NCBI GenBank assembly: GCA_964460615.1
Contig: CAYWPX010000008.1
Coordinates: 6,849-70,848, forward strand
Source: an uncultured Planctomycetia bacterium
Lineage (GTDB): Bacteria; Omnitrophota; Gorgyraeia; CAYWPX01
Length of the DNA: 64,000 bases
Reading direction: 5' to 3'
Every line of letters starts with the position of its first letter. The stretch's first letter is position 1. The translations under genes were made by a program, and so were the position numbers. The notes below the pieces were generated by a model. It ran no database searches, had not been told where the DNA came from, and was given only the letters and a program-made list of their open reading frames with translations. Shown piece after piece: positions 45,177-55,890 of the stretch.

Positions 45177-46544
45177 TTAATATTTTATCGATACCTCTGT
45201 TCTTAAAAATAACATTTCCTGGTCATTCACAAAAAAGTTGCCCGGTTTAATATACTCGATCAAAAAATAAGCTGAGATATTCTTGGTAAAAGAATAATCT
45301 ATCTTTGCCTGCGGCAAGAAACCTATGTTTTTGCCGGTGCCTGAAAAAACCGCCGTTCCTAAAACATCTTCGTTCGCCCCGAGATAATTTGCAAAAAGCC
45401 CGATCTTCATATTTTTCATAGGGCTCAGGCAAAGCTCTGTCCTCCATATGTTCAGGTTAGTCCAATAATAGCTTACGCCTGTCATGCCTCCCATTGTAAT
45501 ACCATAAAGTTCTGAATACCAAGGAAATCTGGAAAAAAGAGGGTCCCAATTTTCGTTTGTACTGCTATTGGTATCATCTCCTGATAGATATATATATCCC
45601 TGGCTTATTTTAGGTTGTAAGATTATATCCTTAAAATCTACATCAACAAACCCATAACCGCCAAAACCCAGCCTGTCATCATTCCCATAAGTTCCGAATT
45701 GCGTCGCATACTGCCCCCTGAAAGTTACGGGGTCGAATGTATATTTACCATAAGCTCCGATAGTGTTAATATTGGAACTCTGTGACTGGTAGCCGGCGCC
45801 ATCCTGGGCGTCCTCTCTTTTAAAGATATAATATTCTTCAAGGTTAAGCCCGTCAAGAGGCTTATTCTTAAGATATACGGCATAACCTTCTTCGTTTGTA
45901 ACGTTAAGAGACTGCGGCAGCTTGGAGCCGGATGGGTTCGCAGCCTGAGTGAATTCAAGCCTATTGATCACCGGCAAAAATTCCTCGCTCCTGGGGTCAT
46001 TTATATATAAAAGGTCCATAGAATTCTTGTCATCAAGGTACCACGAGGCTTTGGCTGCGTTAAAATAAAAAGTCCTTGAACCGTCCTGCGGTGTACCGTC
46101 AGCAAATAAGAAATTTTCGCCGTATATATTAACAAGGTCCTGCCTGCCGAATCTTATATCTACCGGCATGGTCCATAGCCTTTTAACATCCAGGTAAAGA
46201 TTATCAAAAACAACTTCGTTTATATCATAGTGATACCCTTTTTTGAGCGGGTATTTGTCCGGGACAACCCCTGATCTTCCTGCAAAATATGTGTAAGCCT
46301 TATTTTCGTTGGTCATCTTTGCATAGAGCATGATATCCTTTTCAATGGTCAAAGACCCCCATAAAGAAGTTTTGATCCTGAAAAAATTCCTGTTATCTTC
46401 GGCATCACTACTTACATCCGACAGATCCTTCCAAAACTCATGGCGAAGCCTAAGGGCTACACCGCCATGCGGTTCTATTATTGCAAGAGCATCCTGGCAA
46501 CATAAGCCCAATAATACCAAAACTACGAAAATGATTTTTTTCAT
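45177..46544 (-). CDS. Outer-membrane beta-barrel protein (putative alginate-export/porin-like)
   Basis: Signal peptide with LGLCC...ALA and alternating amphipathic beta-strand patterning. The N-terminal LRLRHEFW resembles the alginate-export-family start. Confidence 0.5.
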   Translation of the reverse strand: MKKIIFVVLVLLGLCCQDALAIIEPHGGVALRLRHEFWKDLSDVSSDAEDNRNFFRIKTSLWGSLTIEKDIMLYAKMTNENKAYTYFAGRSGVVPDKYPLKKGYHYDINEVVFDNLYLDVKRLWTMPVDIRFGRQDLVNIYGENFLFADGTPQDGSRTFYFNAAKASWYLDDKNSMDLLYINDPRSEEFLPVINRLEFTQAANPSGSKLPQSLNVTNEEGYAVYLKNKPLDGLNLEEYYIFKREDAQDGAGYQSQSSNINTIGAYGKYTFDPVTFRGQYATQFGTYGNDDRLGFGGYGFVDVDFKDIILQPKISQGYIYLSGDDTNSSTNENWDPLFSRFPWYSELYGITMGGMTGVSYYWTNLNIWRTELCLSPMKNMKIGLFANYLGANEDVLGTAVFSGTGKNIGFLPQAKIDYSFTKNISAYFLIEYIKPGNFFVNDQEMLFLRTEVSIKY

Positions 46545-46570
46545 ATATATCTTTCTAAGTTTTCAGGTTT

Positions 46571-48019
46571 TTATTTAAAAGCCTTTTCCAGGTGTGCCTT
46601 TGAGGGGGATTTAGTAAATAGGCTTACGATGGGCACAACAAAAAACGGGACTATCATTGCTACCGATGAAGCCATAGGAGATTTATCCTGGCCCCATAAA
46701 AAAAATAATCCTATCGCGGTCAACGCTCCTGAGATCATACCCGCCTTAACAGCAATACGGGTAGTCCTCTTCCAGAACAATCCATATATATATGGCGCCA
46801 TAAAAGCTCCTGCAACTACTCCCCAGGATAACGCCATAAGCGTAATGATAATAGCAAATTCATATCTCGCGATAAAATAAGACAGGATTATAAATAGAGC
46901 CGACAAAAACCTCATCATAAATAGCGATGACTCTTTGGATATTCTTGGGTTAATGTGGCCTTTATACATATCTATTGTAACCGCCGAAGCCGATACAAGT
47001 ATCAGACTTGAAAGTGTCGACATTGATGCCGCTAAAATTAATAATAATATAACTGCCATAAGGATCTCGGGCAACTGGGTTGTAATAAGATCCGGGATCA
47101 TCATGTCGAAAGCCGCTTTACCATCCGCCATTATAGGTTTGTCATAAAATACATGGAGCATGGATCCCGTAAAATATGCCGCAAATGTTATTATCACTGC
47201 AAATATTGTTGTAACAATAGCGGCTTTATTTATCACCCTCTCATCTTTTATAGCATAAAACTTCTGGACCATCTGAGGCATACCCCATACTCCGAATGAA
47301 GTCATAAAAACCAAAGATGCCAATAAAAGCATATTAGGCTGTTTCTCAACAGGGACATGCTGAGGATACTTCTCTATTATTGTAGATATAACGTTTGTTA
47401 TCCCCCCTCCGTTATTTACCAATACCGCTACCATTATGATTGCGCCGAATAACATTATTATGCCTTGAATAAAATCTGTCAGGGTAATGGCAAAATATCC
47501 TCCCAGTATCAGATAAATACCTGTAATACCTATCATTATTAGTAACGCCATATCATAGGGAATGTGGAAATTTGCTTCAAATAAGTGCCCAAGGCCCTTA
47601 AATACCGACGCTGAATAAGGCAGTAGAAATATAAATATTATTGCGGATGCGATGGATTTTATATACTTTCCTTCGAATCTTTCATGCAAAAATTCCGGCA
47701 TGGTCATAGCTTCGAGGTTCTTTGTCATCCTCCTGGTCCTCTTAGCCAGAACTATCCATGCCAGTAGCGACCCTATGAATGCATTACCCGCCGCAATCCA
47801 CAGGCCTTTAAGACCGAAACCCCACCCGATCTTCCCGGCAAAACCGATAAATATAACTGCGGAAAAATATGTAGTCCCATATGCAAAAGCCGAGACCCAC
47901 GGGCCTATCGTCCTCCCTCCGAGAAAAAAATCATTCAGGTTGGAGGTTTTCTTCATTCCCCAAACACCAACAAGGACCATTGCCACCAAATACAACATCA
48001 ATAGCACTATTGATATCAT
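46571..48019 (-). CDS. Sodium:solute symporter (SSS) family transporter
   Basis: 482 aa multi-TM. The N-terminal block NLNDFFLGGRTIGPWVSAFAYGTTYFSA is characteristic of the SSS family. Confidence 0.8.
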   Translation of the reverse strand: MISIVLLMLYLVAMVLVGVWGMKKTSNLNDFFLGGRTIGPWVSAFAYGTTYFSAVIFIGFAGKIGWGFGLKGLWIAAGNAFIGSLLAWIVLAKRTRRMTKNLEAMTMPEFLHERFEGKYIKSIASAIIFIFLLPYSASVFKGLGHLFEANFHIPYDMALLIMIGITGIYLILGGYFAITLTDFIQGIIMLFGAIIMVAVLVNNGGGITNVISTIIEKYPQHVPVEKQPNMLLLASLVFMTSFGVWGMPQMVQKFYAIKDERVINKAAIVTTIFAVIITFAAYFTGSMLHVFYDKPIMADGKAAFDMMIPDLITTQLPEILMAVILLLILAASMSTLSSLILVSASAVTIDMYKGHINPRISKESSLFMMRFLSALFIILSYFIARYEFAIIITLMALSWGVVAGAFMAPYIYGLFWKRTTRIAVKAGMISGALTAIGLFFLWGQDKSPMASSVAMIVPFFVVPIVSLFTKSPSKAHLEKAFK

Positions 48020-48084
48020 CCATACCCTCCCGTATGTTTTGATATATTGTACTATACGCTTAATATTGAATCAAATAATAATTC

Positions 48085-48852
48085 CTAAGCTTTTAAATAT
48101 TCCTGCCAGATTAGTTCCAAAGCATCTTTTGCGCCCAAATCGAGCTTGATGTAAACAAGGTCGGAGATTTCAGTCTCGGAAGGATTTATCTCAATAGTTG
48201 GTTTACCCGATGCATTGCCGATTATAATCGGTTCCTGTATATACGGAAAAACGCTGGTTGTCCCTATGGTAAAATAAAGGTCAAACCCCTTATCCAATTC
48301 CCTTCTTAAAATTTGCATTTCCCTATACGGAAGCATTTCCCCGAAAAATACGACTTTTGGCCTTGCTATCGAGCTGCATTCAGGGCAGACCGGGGGTATC
48401 TTGATACTTGAATAGTCTTTTAGGTCAAGTTGCCATAAACATTTTTTACAATAGATACTGTGCATTCGCCCATGTATCTCAATAAGGTTTTTGGACCCTG
48501 CATCCCGATGAAAACCATCTATATTCTGCGTTAAAACCCAAACACGCTCAAAACGCTTTTCAATCTCGGCAATAATCTCATGGGCGCGGTTATGTTTAGC
48601 ATTCCGGCAATTCTTTTCGATCTGGGTAAGATATTTCCAGGTAATTTCAGGATGTGTTTCCAAGGTATCCCCAGAGAGAGCCTCCTCAATAGGCATACCT
48701 TCATCGGTAGACTTGTCATTATAAAGGCCTCCTATTCCCCTATAGGTAGGAAGCCCTGAATCGGCGGAAATACCGGCTCCGGTAATAAAAAGAATTGACT
48801 TAGATCTTTTTAAGAGACTTGCGATCTTTTTTATCTTAGCTTTCGTATCCAT
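48085..48852 (-). CDS. cobB: NAD-dependent protein deacylase, Sir2 family (CobB)
   Basis: GAGISADSGLPTYRG. A Zn-ribbon is formed by CKKC...CPEC. The catalytic H is in IDGFH. Confidence 0.85.
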   Translation of the reverse strand: MDTKAKIKKIASLLKRSKSILFITGAGISADSGLPTYRGIGGLYNDKSTDEGMPIEEALSGDTLETHPEITWKYLTQIEKNCRNAKHNRAHEIIAEIEKRFERVWVLTQNIDGFHRDAGSKNLIEIHGRMHSIYCKKCLWQLDLKDYSSIKIPPVCPECSSIARPKVVFFGEMLPYREMQILRRELDKGFDLYFTIGTTSVFPYIQEPIIIGNASGKPTIEINPSETEISDLVYIKLDLGAKDALELIWQEYLKA

Positions 48853-48855
48853 ATC

Positions 48856-51690
48856 TTATCCGCACATAGATGAGAACGGGCAGTTATCGCAATAGCTTTC
48901 CGGGGTATCGCAAGTTTCAAAATTGATCTTAGGGTCCCAGAGCTCTGAGATCACGAAGTCCAGCGAATCAAAGCATAAATTCATCTTATCCTGGTAGCTA
49001 TCCGATCCATCGTCAATAAAATATATCAGGTCCGCGCTCTTAATATCGTATAAAGCAGCGTTTATGTTATGATCGGGAAAATCCCTTTTTACAAAATAAC
49101 AGTATATCGGAAGCTGAAAAGAATGAATGGTTTCAAATATCAAATTTCGGTTTAAGGTATTGTTTTCGAGTTTCTTTAAATCCTTGGGGAATTTGGACGT
49201 ACTCCCGGTCTTATAATCAATAACCAGAATATCTTTTTCGTTCACAAGGTCTATCCTGTCAGCGCGCCATGTAAATTTGAGGGTCTTATCGTTCAATCTC
49301 ATTATCTCTTTGGTGCGTTTCTCCTCCATAAAAAGTATTTTTTCCGGGTTTCTCTTTTTTTCTGACTTCAAAAATTTATCAAGGGCGCTTTTAAGGATAT
49401 CTTTGACCATAAACGCTTCCTCGCCCATTCTCTTCTCTAAGCTATTTTTGAACAATTCCTCAAATTCCCTGTAAAACGACTCTACGAACTTAGAGTCCAA
49501 AAGGGGACGCTTGCCCTTAAAACAAGAAAATGTATTTTCCAATAGCTCATGGACGAAATTGCCGATATCCTTATTTTCGGCTTCATCAAGTAGATTCTCT
49601 TTTTCCCTCAGCCTAAGCACATACTGATAATAAAATTTCAAAGGACATGACAGGTATGTATCTATGCTTGAGGAGGAATATTCCAGGTCATTTTTGAGAT
49701 AGTCTATTATCTTCTGGTTCTTCTTGATAGTTTCTTTGGGAATGATAACGCCTGAAATATCAAACTTAGCCCTTGAAGCCTGAATGATACCCGGCCTCTT
49801 ATTGAGCTTTTCTTCCTGCCAGATGATCTCTTCGAGGAGCCTCGATCTCTCTTTATCAGGGTTATCATCATATATTAGATATGCGTTCTTCGCCCCCTTA
49901 ATGAGGCGCATAAAATAATATCTCTGTATATCTTCATCCTGATTCAGCCGGTTTATACCGATAGCTTCCAGAAGGGCTTTTGGAATAAGCGGTTCACTGC
50001 CCGATACATTCGGTATGACGCCTTCGTTCAGGTCCATTATTATAACATTATCAAATTGGAGGCTTCGGGTTTCAAAGAGGCCCATTATCTGGATACCTTT
50101 TAAGGGGTCTCCTTTGAACGAGATCATTTCTGAATCCAGCTTGCTAAGAAAAATCCTGAATATATCAACCTTTGCAAATCCTTCTTCAGCGAATTCGGCC
50201 ACTTTAAGCTCATTGATGATCTCAAAAATCCTCTCAACTATCTTAAGGTCAAGATAGTGCTTCTCCACGAGGCCCTTCTCCAAAACAACTTGGCAGAAAT
50301 CATTGAGGATAGCGATAAATTCATTGAAATTCTTTATCTTTTCCCATTTTTTAAATCCTATCTCATGTATCTCTTCCAATATACGCCTTATATCGTCTTT
50401 ACTTTTCGGGCTTTGGGCTTTTTCTAAAGCTTCAGAGATTATTTCACTTATTTCATCAATATTTCCCAGATCATCAAGATCGAGAAAAATCGCCCCGCTT
50501 AGAGCAGATTTCTCAATACCTTTAAAGAGCTCCTCTAGCTTATGCACCAAAACTCTCGTAGTCATGCCTTCGCCGGCTAAACTCAGGTTCTTCATCAAAG
50601 GATGCAGGATAACCCTTAAATAATCTTTTGTATAATATAAATTATCTTTTTTTGTCTCCTGGGCGGTAAAGATGTGTTTTAAAAGCGCATAAAATGAGCT
50701 TCTCTTCAGCGGATATCCGATAGAGACGTTTAAAGCCTCTACCAGGCCCGATACCTCGGAAATCAGAGGTATGAATGTATCGGGATCAGGGAGCATTATA
50801 AGGGTCTTGTCCAATGATCTATTTTCGGCGATGACCTTTTCTTTTAAAATCTTGCCGGCCAAGCCCACCTGAGACATCCTGTCAAAACCTTTAAAAAGTT
50901 CAAATTGATATTTTTGACTGTCTTTTTGCCCGGGCGCAATTTTTGACCCGAATATTTTTGAAAGTTTTTCAAAGACCGGCCAACCGGATTCATCTCTTTG
51001 AAAAATAAGTACCGCCTTGCCGGAATCATAAAGAGATTTCAATATATGTTCTTCGGTCTTATGCAAAGAATAAAAGTCGCAGAAAAAGATCTTGTCAAAC
51101 TCTTCAAAACTAACCTCGCGAACCACCTTCGAAGCTTCGGCATAAATAAGCCCCCTTGAATACAGCGATCTATCTTTCAGTTTGCCGTGATAGATATCCC
51201 TGATCTTAAAGATATCTTTAAGAAGCGCAAAAATATTATCCGGTATATTGATTTTATCGCTATCCTCAATACCGGGGATTTCAGGGCCGATGCTCTCAAG
51301 ATCAAGCTCATTGATAAAATTGGCTATCTCCCTCGCCCACGATAAAAATTCGCAAAATCCCTCTCTTCTCTTCAATAGATGCTTAAAATTATCCAGAATG
51401 ATATTATAGATCATGTAGGAAGCATTAAGTTCTTCTATTAATTTGGGGGGATAATTTTTAGAAACCGTATAAGAGACAAATTCATCTATGCTAAAGAATT
51501 TCGGCGGGTAAAAGCTTGCTCCAAGGAGTTTTGAGAGCTCCTTTTTCAAAAATAGCGACGGCCTCTTGCCCCCAAAAACTATGGCAACCTTAGATAGATC
51601 GTTACCCGCCTTAAGATAATCCTCCTTAAGTAGGCCTGCAAGTTTAGCGATCGTATCTTCGGTAAAATTATATGTTATAAGTCTTTCCAT
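48856..51690 (-). CDS. addB: AddB-like PD-(D/E)XK helicase-nuclease subunit with C-terminal Fe-S cysteines
   Basis: 944 aa. C-terminal RecB-family nuclease motifs (IDYKTG, CPLKFYYQY) and a terminal Cys cluster. It is encoded immediately downstream of an AddA/UvrD-type helicase. Confidence 0.75.
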   Translation of the reverse strand: MERLITYNFTEDTIAKLAGLLKEDYLKAGNDLSKVAIVFGGKRPSLFLKKELSKLLGASFYPPKFFSIDEFVSYTVSKNYPPKLIEELNASYMIYNIILDNFKHLLKRREGFCEFLSWAREIANFINELDLESIGPEIPGIEDSDKINIPDNIFALLKDIFKIRDIYHGKLKDRSLYSRGLIYAEASKVVREVSFEEFDKIFFCDFYSLHKTEEHILKSLYDSGKAVLIFQRDESGWPVFEKLSKIFGSKIAPGQKDSQKYQFELFKGFDRMSQVGLAGKILKEKVIAENRSLDKTLIMLPDPDTFIPLISEVSGLVEALNVSIGYPLKRSSFYALLKHIFTAQETKKDNLYYTKDYLRVILHPLMKNLSLAGEGMTTRVLVHKLEELFKGIEKSALSGAIFLDLDDLGNIDEISEIISEALEKAQSPKSKDDIRRILEEIHEIGFKKWEKIKNFNEFIAILNDFCQVVLEKGLVEKHYLDLKIVERIFEIINELKVAEFAEEGFAKVDIFRIFLSKLDSEMISFKGDPLKGIQIMGLFETRSLQFDNVIIMDLNEGVIPNVSGSEPLIPKALLEAIGINRLNQDEDIQRYYFMRLIKGAKNAYLIYDDNPDKERSRLLEEIIWQEEKLNKRPGIIQASRAKFDISGVIIPKETIKKNQKIIDYLKNDLEYSSSSIDTYLSCPLKFYYQYVLRLREKENLLDEAENKDIGNFVHELLENTFSCFKGKRPLLDSKFVESFYREFEELFKNSLEKRMGEEAFMVKDILKSALDKFLKSEKKRNPEKILFMEEKRTKEIMRLNDKTLKFTWRADRIDLVNEKDILVIDYKTGSTSKFPKDLKKLENNTLNRNLIFETIHSFQLPIYCYFVKRDFPDHNINAALYDIKSADLIYFIDDGSDSYQDKMNLCFDSLDFVISELWDPKINFETCDTPESYCDNCPFSSMCG

Positions 51691-54600
51691 CTATATCATC
51701 TCTATGATTCTATCTTCAATAAAAATCAGGTACCCTTCAACCTTTTTGCCGGGGCACAGATCCTTTATTATTGTTTTATACTCATCTATCTGTTCTTTTT
51801 GGCTGGGACGGGGATCATTTTTTGTCTTATAATCCACGATCAGGACTTCTTTGGGTTTAATGATCAGGCGGTCTATCCTTTTTGTATCTCCGTATTTATT
51901 CACAACCTCTTTCTCCAAAAATACCTCTCCCTCATCGGGATAGAAAAACTTTTTCAGTTTATCATCCATAATCAAATCCTCGATAAGCTTTTTATGACTT
52001 GATAGGTCGCGAACGAATGGGAATACAGCCTCTATCCTATTAAAGGCATTATTTAAAGCATCCTTTAAACCTATCTTATTCAGGTCTCCGATCATAGACA
52101 GCCCTTCGTGTAAAATATTGCCTTTAAGACGGGCTTCGGGATTCTTTACATCATCGCGTTTGGCCAGTTCATCTTTAATATATTCGATCCATTCTTTAAA
52201 TTTCGGGGGCGGGATCAATACTGATGGATCCGTTTTTACCGGTAAGTTTTCGGATTTACAGGGATTTCCTCGTTCCTTCTGATCTTCAGGGATCAGGAAT
52301 CTGGCTATATTGGAACATTTATTTTTGCCATGCGGGATAAAAACATATAGCTCTTTTTTTGCTCTTGTAAAAGCAACATAAGTTGAATTAAGTTCATCAA
52401 TGAACGCTTTTTTAAATTCATTCTTATAAGCCGCCCTGATCGGACCTGAAAGCCTGGCGTATTTTGAGTCAAGCCTAAGGAGCGAAAGAAAATCTTCATT
52501 TGCCTCTATCACATAAGATACCTTTCCTTTTTTGCCTGTAGCACCAAGGTCTCCTATGTCTATATCCAGGAACGGGGCTATCACGACATCAAACCCAAGC
52601 CCCTTTGCCTTATGAACGGTCATCACCTTGATAGCGTCGGTATCCGATGAATTTACAAACAGCTTCTTATCTTCAAGCTCATCAAAATACTCAAGGAAAT
52701 CCGCCAAAGACGGGAATTTGTCCTCCAGAGATTTGACAAGCCCTATGAAATGCATAAAAAATCCCTGATAAGGCGCAAAATTACCCAGGATCCCAAACCT
52801 GGTGAAGATATCTATCACTATCTCGTATATACCTACAAATCCCACCGCTTTATACAATGAATCAAAATAGCCTGACCAGATCTGAGGATATCTTCTCTGA
52901 AATTCCCTGAAGATTGTAAAATTCTTCTCTAAAGAAAATCTTTTATTCTGGCTGAATAAAAATTCTGATATCTCATCGCTTTTTAGGCCTGTTGCCTTAA
53001 GGAATATTTCGCTTAGGATAAACGATGAAAAAGAAATATTGTCCAAAGGCGAATCAAGGAACTTTAATAATGATATTATATCGCCTATAAATCTGTTATT
53101 TTTTATATTAAGGGTCTTATCCGATTCTACCGGGACCTTATGCTCTATAAGCCAGCTGCTTACTAAGCCCACCTCATCATTGCCGCGGCATAATACCGCT
53201 ATATCCCCGAGCTTGAAAACTTTTCTCTTTCTCAATCCGTCGATCAGAGTGATCAATTCGAATTTGATCTTTTCGGCTCTGTCCGGTTTATTCTCCCCTT
53301 CTATTGATTTTACATTTACATATCCGCACTTACCGGGATCATTTTGTTGCTTAAGAGGCTTCTGATGTGAATTCAAAAAAATGCTTAAAATATCGCTTTT
53401 CTCATCTATATTGAACTGCTTTAATTCATCCTGTGACCCGCTCTCGGACAGAAATCTTTCAAGGTTCTCCATAGAAAATACGGCATTATTGAACTCGACT
53501 ATCTCTTTAAGGCTTCGCCGGTTCAAAGGAAGGTTCTCTACAATAGCATTATTTTTGTGGTCATTTTTGATCTTATCGAATAACCGTGAATCTCCCCCTC
53601 TAAAACGGTATATAGCCTGCTTTCTGTCCCCGACATAAAAGAGGCTTCCGCCGCCAGTTATAGCGCTTTTAACCAGGCTTGAGATATTCTTCCACTGAAG
53701 ATCGCTCGTATCCTGAAACTCATCGATAAGGAAGTGCTTTATTTTATCGCCCAGCCTTAAACTTATCTCTTTATAGGAAATATCGCTTTTTGATATTAAG
53801 CTGGCGGCTTTATTGTTAAGTTCATTCAAGAAAAGGACCTCATCCTTTGATGCCTTATCCAATAGTATTGATATCACCACATTAAATATATCTATATAGC
53901 AGTTAAAGATCGATCTCGACTCAAGCTCAGCTAAAAAAGAAATTTTCTTTTTAATATCAGCCCATAATTTTTGGACATCGGGGCTCGCTACACCATTTTT
54001 ATTTAAAGGTATCTCATCTTTTAGCAAGCTTTTTGAATCGCTGATAATTTTAAAATCGATGATCCGGTTATCGCCGGTTACGATCTTGGTGATAGCATTT
54101 TTAAAATGCCCGTTTGCGTTTTCCGGCATCAATTCGGATAATTTAACGAATAGGCCGAAGAGTTTTCTTTTTTCTTCATAAAGATCTGTCTCTTTAAGGT
54201 TGTATTTTTTAAATTCTCCTCCATAAACGTCAAGATGCCCGAGCATAGAGGCCAAGAGATCAAGTATATCGCCTTTTGAGAGCCATTTGGTTTTATGTTC
54301 AAGGTACAAATATTGGTCCAAAAATTTATCAAAAAGCGCCCTTATATCCGGATTGCGGAATGCTATATCAATAGCATCATCAAGGCTATAAGCTAGGTAC
54401 TCCGCCCTCTCATCAAGGACCTTGAGCTTTGCAGAAAGCCCTAACCCAAAAGAACATGACGAAATAATCGAATTCACAAAACTATCTATTGTCTGAACCC
54501 TAAAATTGCTGTAGTTTGATATGATATAATCAAGCGCAGCCTCTGCTTTAAGGCCGGAGATCTTTTTGGCCATCCCAAGCTCTTCGAGCAGTTTTTTCTC

Positions 54601-54849
54601 ATCATCCTCAGCGCTAAACCCTCCCAAAGCAAGCAAGCGCAATAAGTCCAATATCCTCTCTTTCATTTCACGGGCGGCTTTTTTAGTAAAGGTAATTGCC
54701 AGAATCTCTTCGATATCTCTGAATGAGGAATCACTGCTAAGTATAAGCTTGAGGTAGCGTTTGGCCAAAGCATATGTCTTGCCGGAACCTGCAGAGGCCT
54801 CAGTAATGAAAATAGAGGTATTTTGGGATTTATTAAAGGCGGTGATCAT
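51691..54849 (-). CDS. addA: AddA-like ATP-dependent helicase/nuclease subunit (UvrD/REP superfamily 1 helicase with C-terminal nuclease)
   Basis: Walker A ASAGSGKTYAL, helicase motifs throughout, and a C-terminal PD-(D/E)XK region (VDYKT). Size is 1052 aa. Confidence 0.8.
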   Translation of the reverse strand: MITAFNKSQNTSIFITEASAGSGKTYALAKRYLKLILSSDSSFRDIEEILAITFTKKAAREMKERILDLLRLLALGGFSAEDDEKKLLEELGMAKKISGLKAEAALDYIISNYSNFRVQTIDSFVNSIISSCSFGLGLSAKLKVLDERAEYLAYSLDDAIDIAFRNPDIRALFDKFLDQYLYLEHKTKWLSKGDILDLLASMLGHLDVYGGEFKKYNLKETDLYEEKRKLFGLFVKLSELMPENANGHFKNAITKIVTGDNRIIDFKIISDSKSLLKDEIPLNKNGVASPDVQKLWADIKKKISFLAELESRSIFNCYIDIFNVVISILLDKASKDEVLFLNELNNKAASLISKSDISYKEISLRLGDKIKHFLIDEFQDTSDLQWKNISSLVKSAITGGGSLFYVGDRKQAIYRFRGGDSRLFDKIKNDHKNNAIVENLPLNRRSLKEIVEFNNAVFSMENLERFLSESGSQDELKQFNIDEKSDILSIFLNSHQKPLKQQNDPGKCGYVNVKSIEGENKPDRAEKIKFELITLIDGLRKRKVFKLGDIAVLCRGNDEVGLVSSWLIEHKVPVESDKTLNIKNNRFIGDIISLLKFLDSPLDNISFSSFILSEIFLKATGLKSDEISEFLFSQNKRFSLEKNFTIFREFQRRYPQIWSGYFDSLYKAVGFVGIYEIVIDIFTRFGILGNFAPYQGFFMHFIGLVKSLEDKFPSLADFLEYFDELEDKKLFVNSSDTDAIKVMTVHKAKGLGFDVVIAPFLDIDIGDLGATGKKGKVSYVIEANEDFLSLLRLDSKYARLSGPIRAAYKNEFKKAFIDELNSTYVAFTRAKKELYVFIPHGKNKCSNIARFLIPEDQKERGNPCKSENLPVKTDPSVLIPPPKFKEWIEYIKDELAKRDDVKNPEARLKGNILHEGLSMIGDLNKIGLKDALNNAFNRIEAVFPFVRDLSSHKKLIEDLIMDDKLKKFFYPDEGEVFLEKEVVNKYGDTKRIDRLIIKPKEVLIVDYKTKNDPRPSQKEQIDEYKTIIKDLCPGKKVEGYLIFIEDRIIEMI

Positions 54850-54883
54850 GAGTACATTTTACCATAAAATTTTCATATCAAAC

Positions 54884-54959
54884 CAAAAAAATCAGTAATA
54901 ATAGGGGACGGTTCTCTCTAAAATTCTCCGACGAGAGTTTTTGGAGAGAACCGTCCCCT
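54884..54959 (-). terminator. Strong intrinsic terminator between the beta-lactamase-like gene and addA
   Basis: A 16-bp perfect stem AGGGGACGGTTCTCTC/GAGAGAACCGTCCCCT with a ~25-nt loop. On the minus strand it is followed by TATTATTACTGATTTTTTT. Confidence 0.6.
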
Positions 54960-54966
54960 ACCTACT

Positions 54967-55890
54967 TTAGATCTCCTGGTCATAGAATTTGTATGTATCT
55001 AAAGCGACTTTGGAAATGAATTTCTTGGAAGCAAGGCTGGTGCTTGGATGTTTTGTAAGGACGCATATGAGGAAGTTACCTCTATTTGTGTAGACAATGC
55101 CTACATCATGACAGACATTTCTCTCTAGGCCCGTCTTGTGCGCTACTATAGTATCAGTGGGAAGTTTTGCGGGAATTCTATCATTAAATTTCTGCTGAGA
55201 CAACAAATCCAAACACTGCTTTGACGCTTTGTCGCTGATAAATTGTCTGGTATAAATTGCCTGGAGAATAAAAGCCATGTCCTTTGGAGTAGTATAATTT
55301 TCGATCCCCATTTTTCTGTATTTGAAGTCCATCATCTTTCTCGATAAATTGGTTTTTTCGAGGCCCATCTTCTTAAAATAATCGTTCAGATAATCAAAAC
55401 CGAGTTTCCCGATAAGTATATTTGTGGCGGTATTGTCACTCTGGGTCACCATATACTCAATCACATCGCCAACTGTCATAGTAGTCCCTTCGGGCATGTT
55501 CTTCAATACACCGGAACCGGGGGTCTTTAGAGAATTCTTGAGAATTAGCGTCTCGTTTAGATTTAATCTTTTTTCTTCACTCGCCTTAAGGCTTGCCGCC
55601 ATAATAGGAACCTTTACAAGGCTTGCTGAAGGGAAAAGTTTATTTTCATTAAATGAGATCTTCCAGCCCGTTTGAAGATCTATTATTACAACGCCTGCCT
55701 GGCCCTTGTAACTGACCAGGTCTCTTTTGATCTTTCTCTGAAGAGATTTCCAGGCTTCTTTTCTCCTCTCCAGGGCGATTCGCGCATTTTTTGTCTTTTC
55801 CAGATATTTAGACAAGGAATATCCGCCAAAAGAAATCCCCAATATCACAAAAAATGCCAAAATTAATATAAATAGCTTTTGTTTCATCAT
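54967..55890 (-). CDS. Class A beta-lactamase-like serine hydrolase
   Basis: SxxK (SASLVK), SDN (QSDNTA) and KTG (HKTGL) motifs in the canonical order. An N-terminal TM/signal is present. Confidence 0.7.
   Translation of the reverse strand: MMKQKLFILILAFFVILGISFGGYSLSKYLEKTKNARIALERRKEAWKSLQRKIKRDLVSYKGQAGVVIIDLQTGWKISFNENKLFPSASLVKVPIMAASLKASEEKRLNLNETLILKNSLKTPGSGVLKNMPEGTTMTVGDVIEYMVTQSDNTATNILIGKLGFDYLNDYFKKMGLEKTNLSRKMMDFKYRKMGIENYTTPKDMAFILQAIYTRQFISDKASKQCLDLLSQQKFNDRIPAKLPTDTIVAHKTGLERNVCHDVGIVYTNRGNFLICVLTKHPSTSLASKKFISKVALDTYKFYDQEI

Noticed and set aside
48085-54849. Sir2-domain gene beside large helicase-nuclease genes as a possible anti-phage defence island
   Set aside because: The Sir2 protein is a short canonical CobB-type deacylase with an intact Zn-ribbon and catalytic His. 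The helicase-nuclease pair has the standard AddA/AddB architecture of recombinational repair. I see no additional defence-specific domains.
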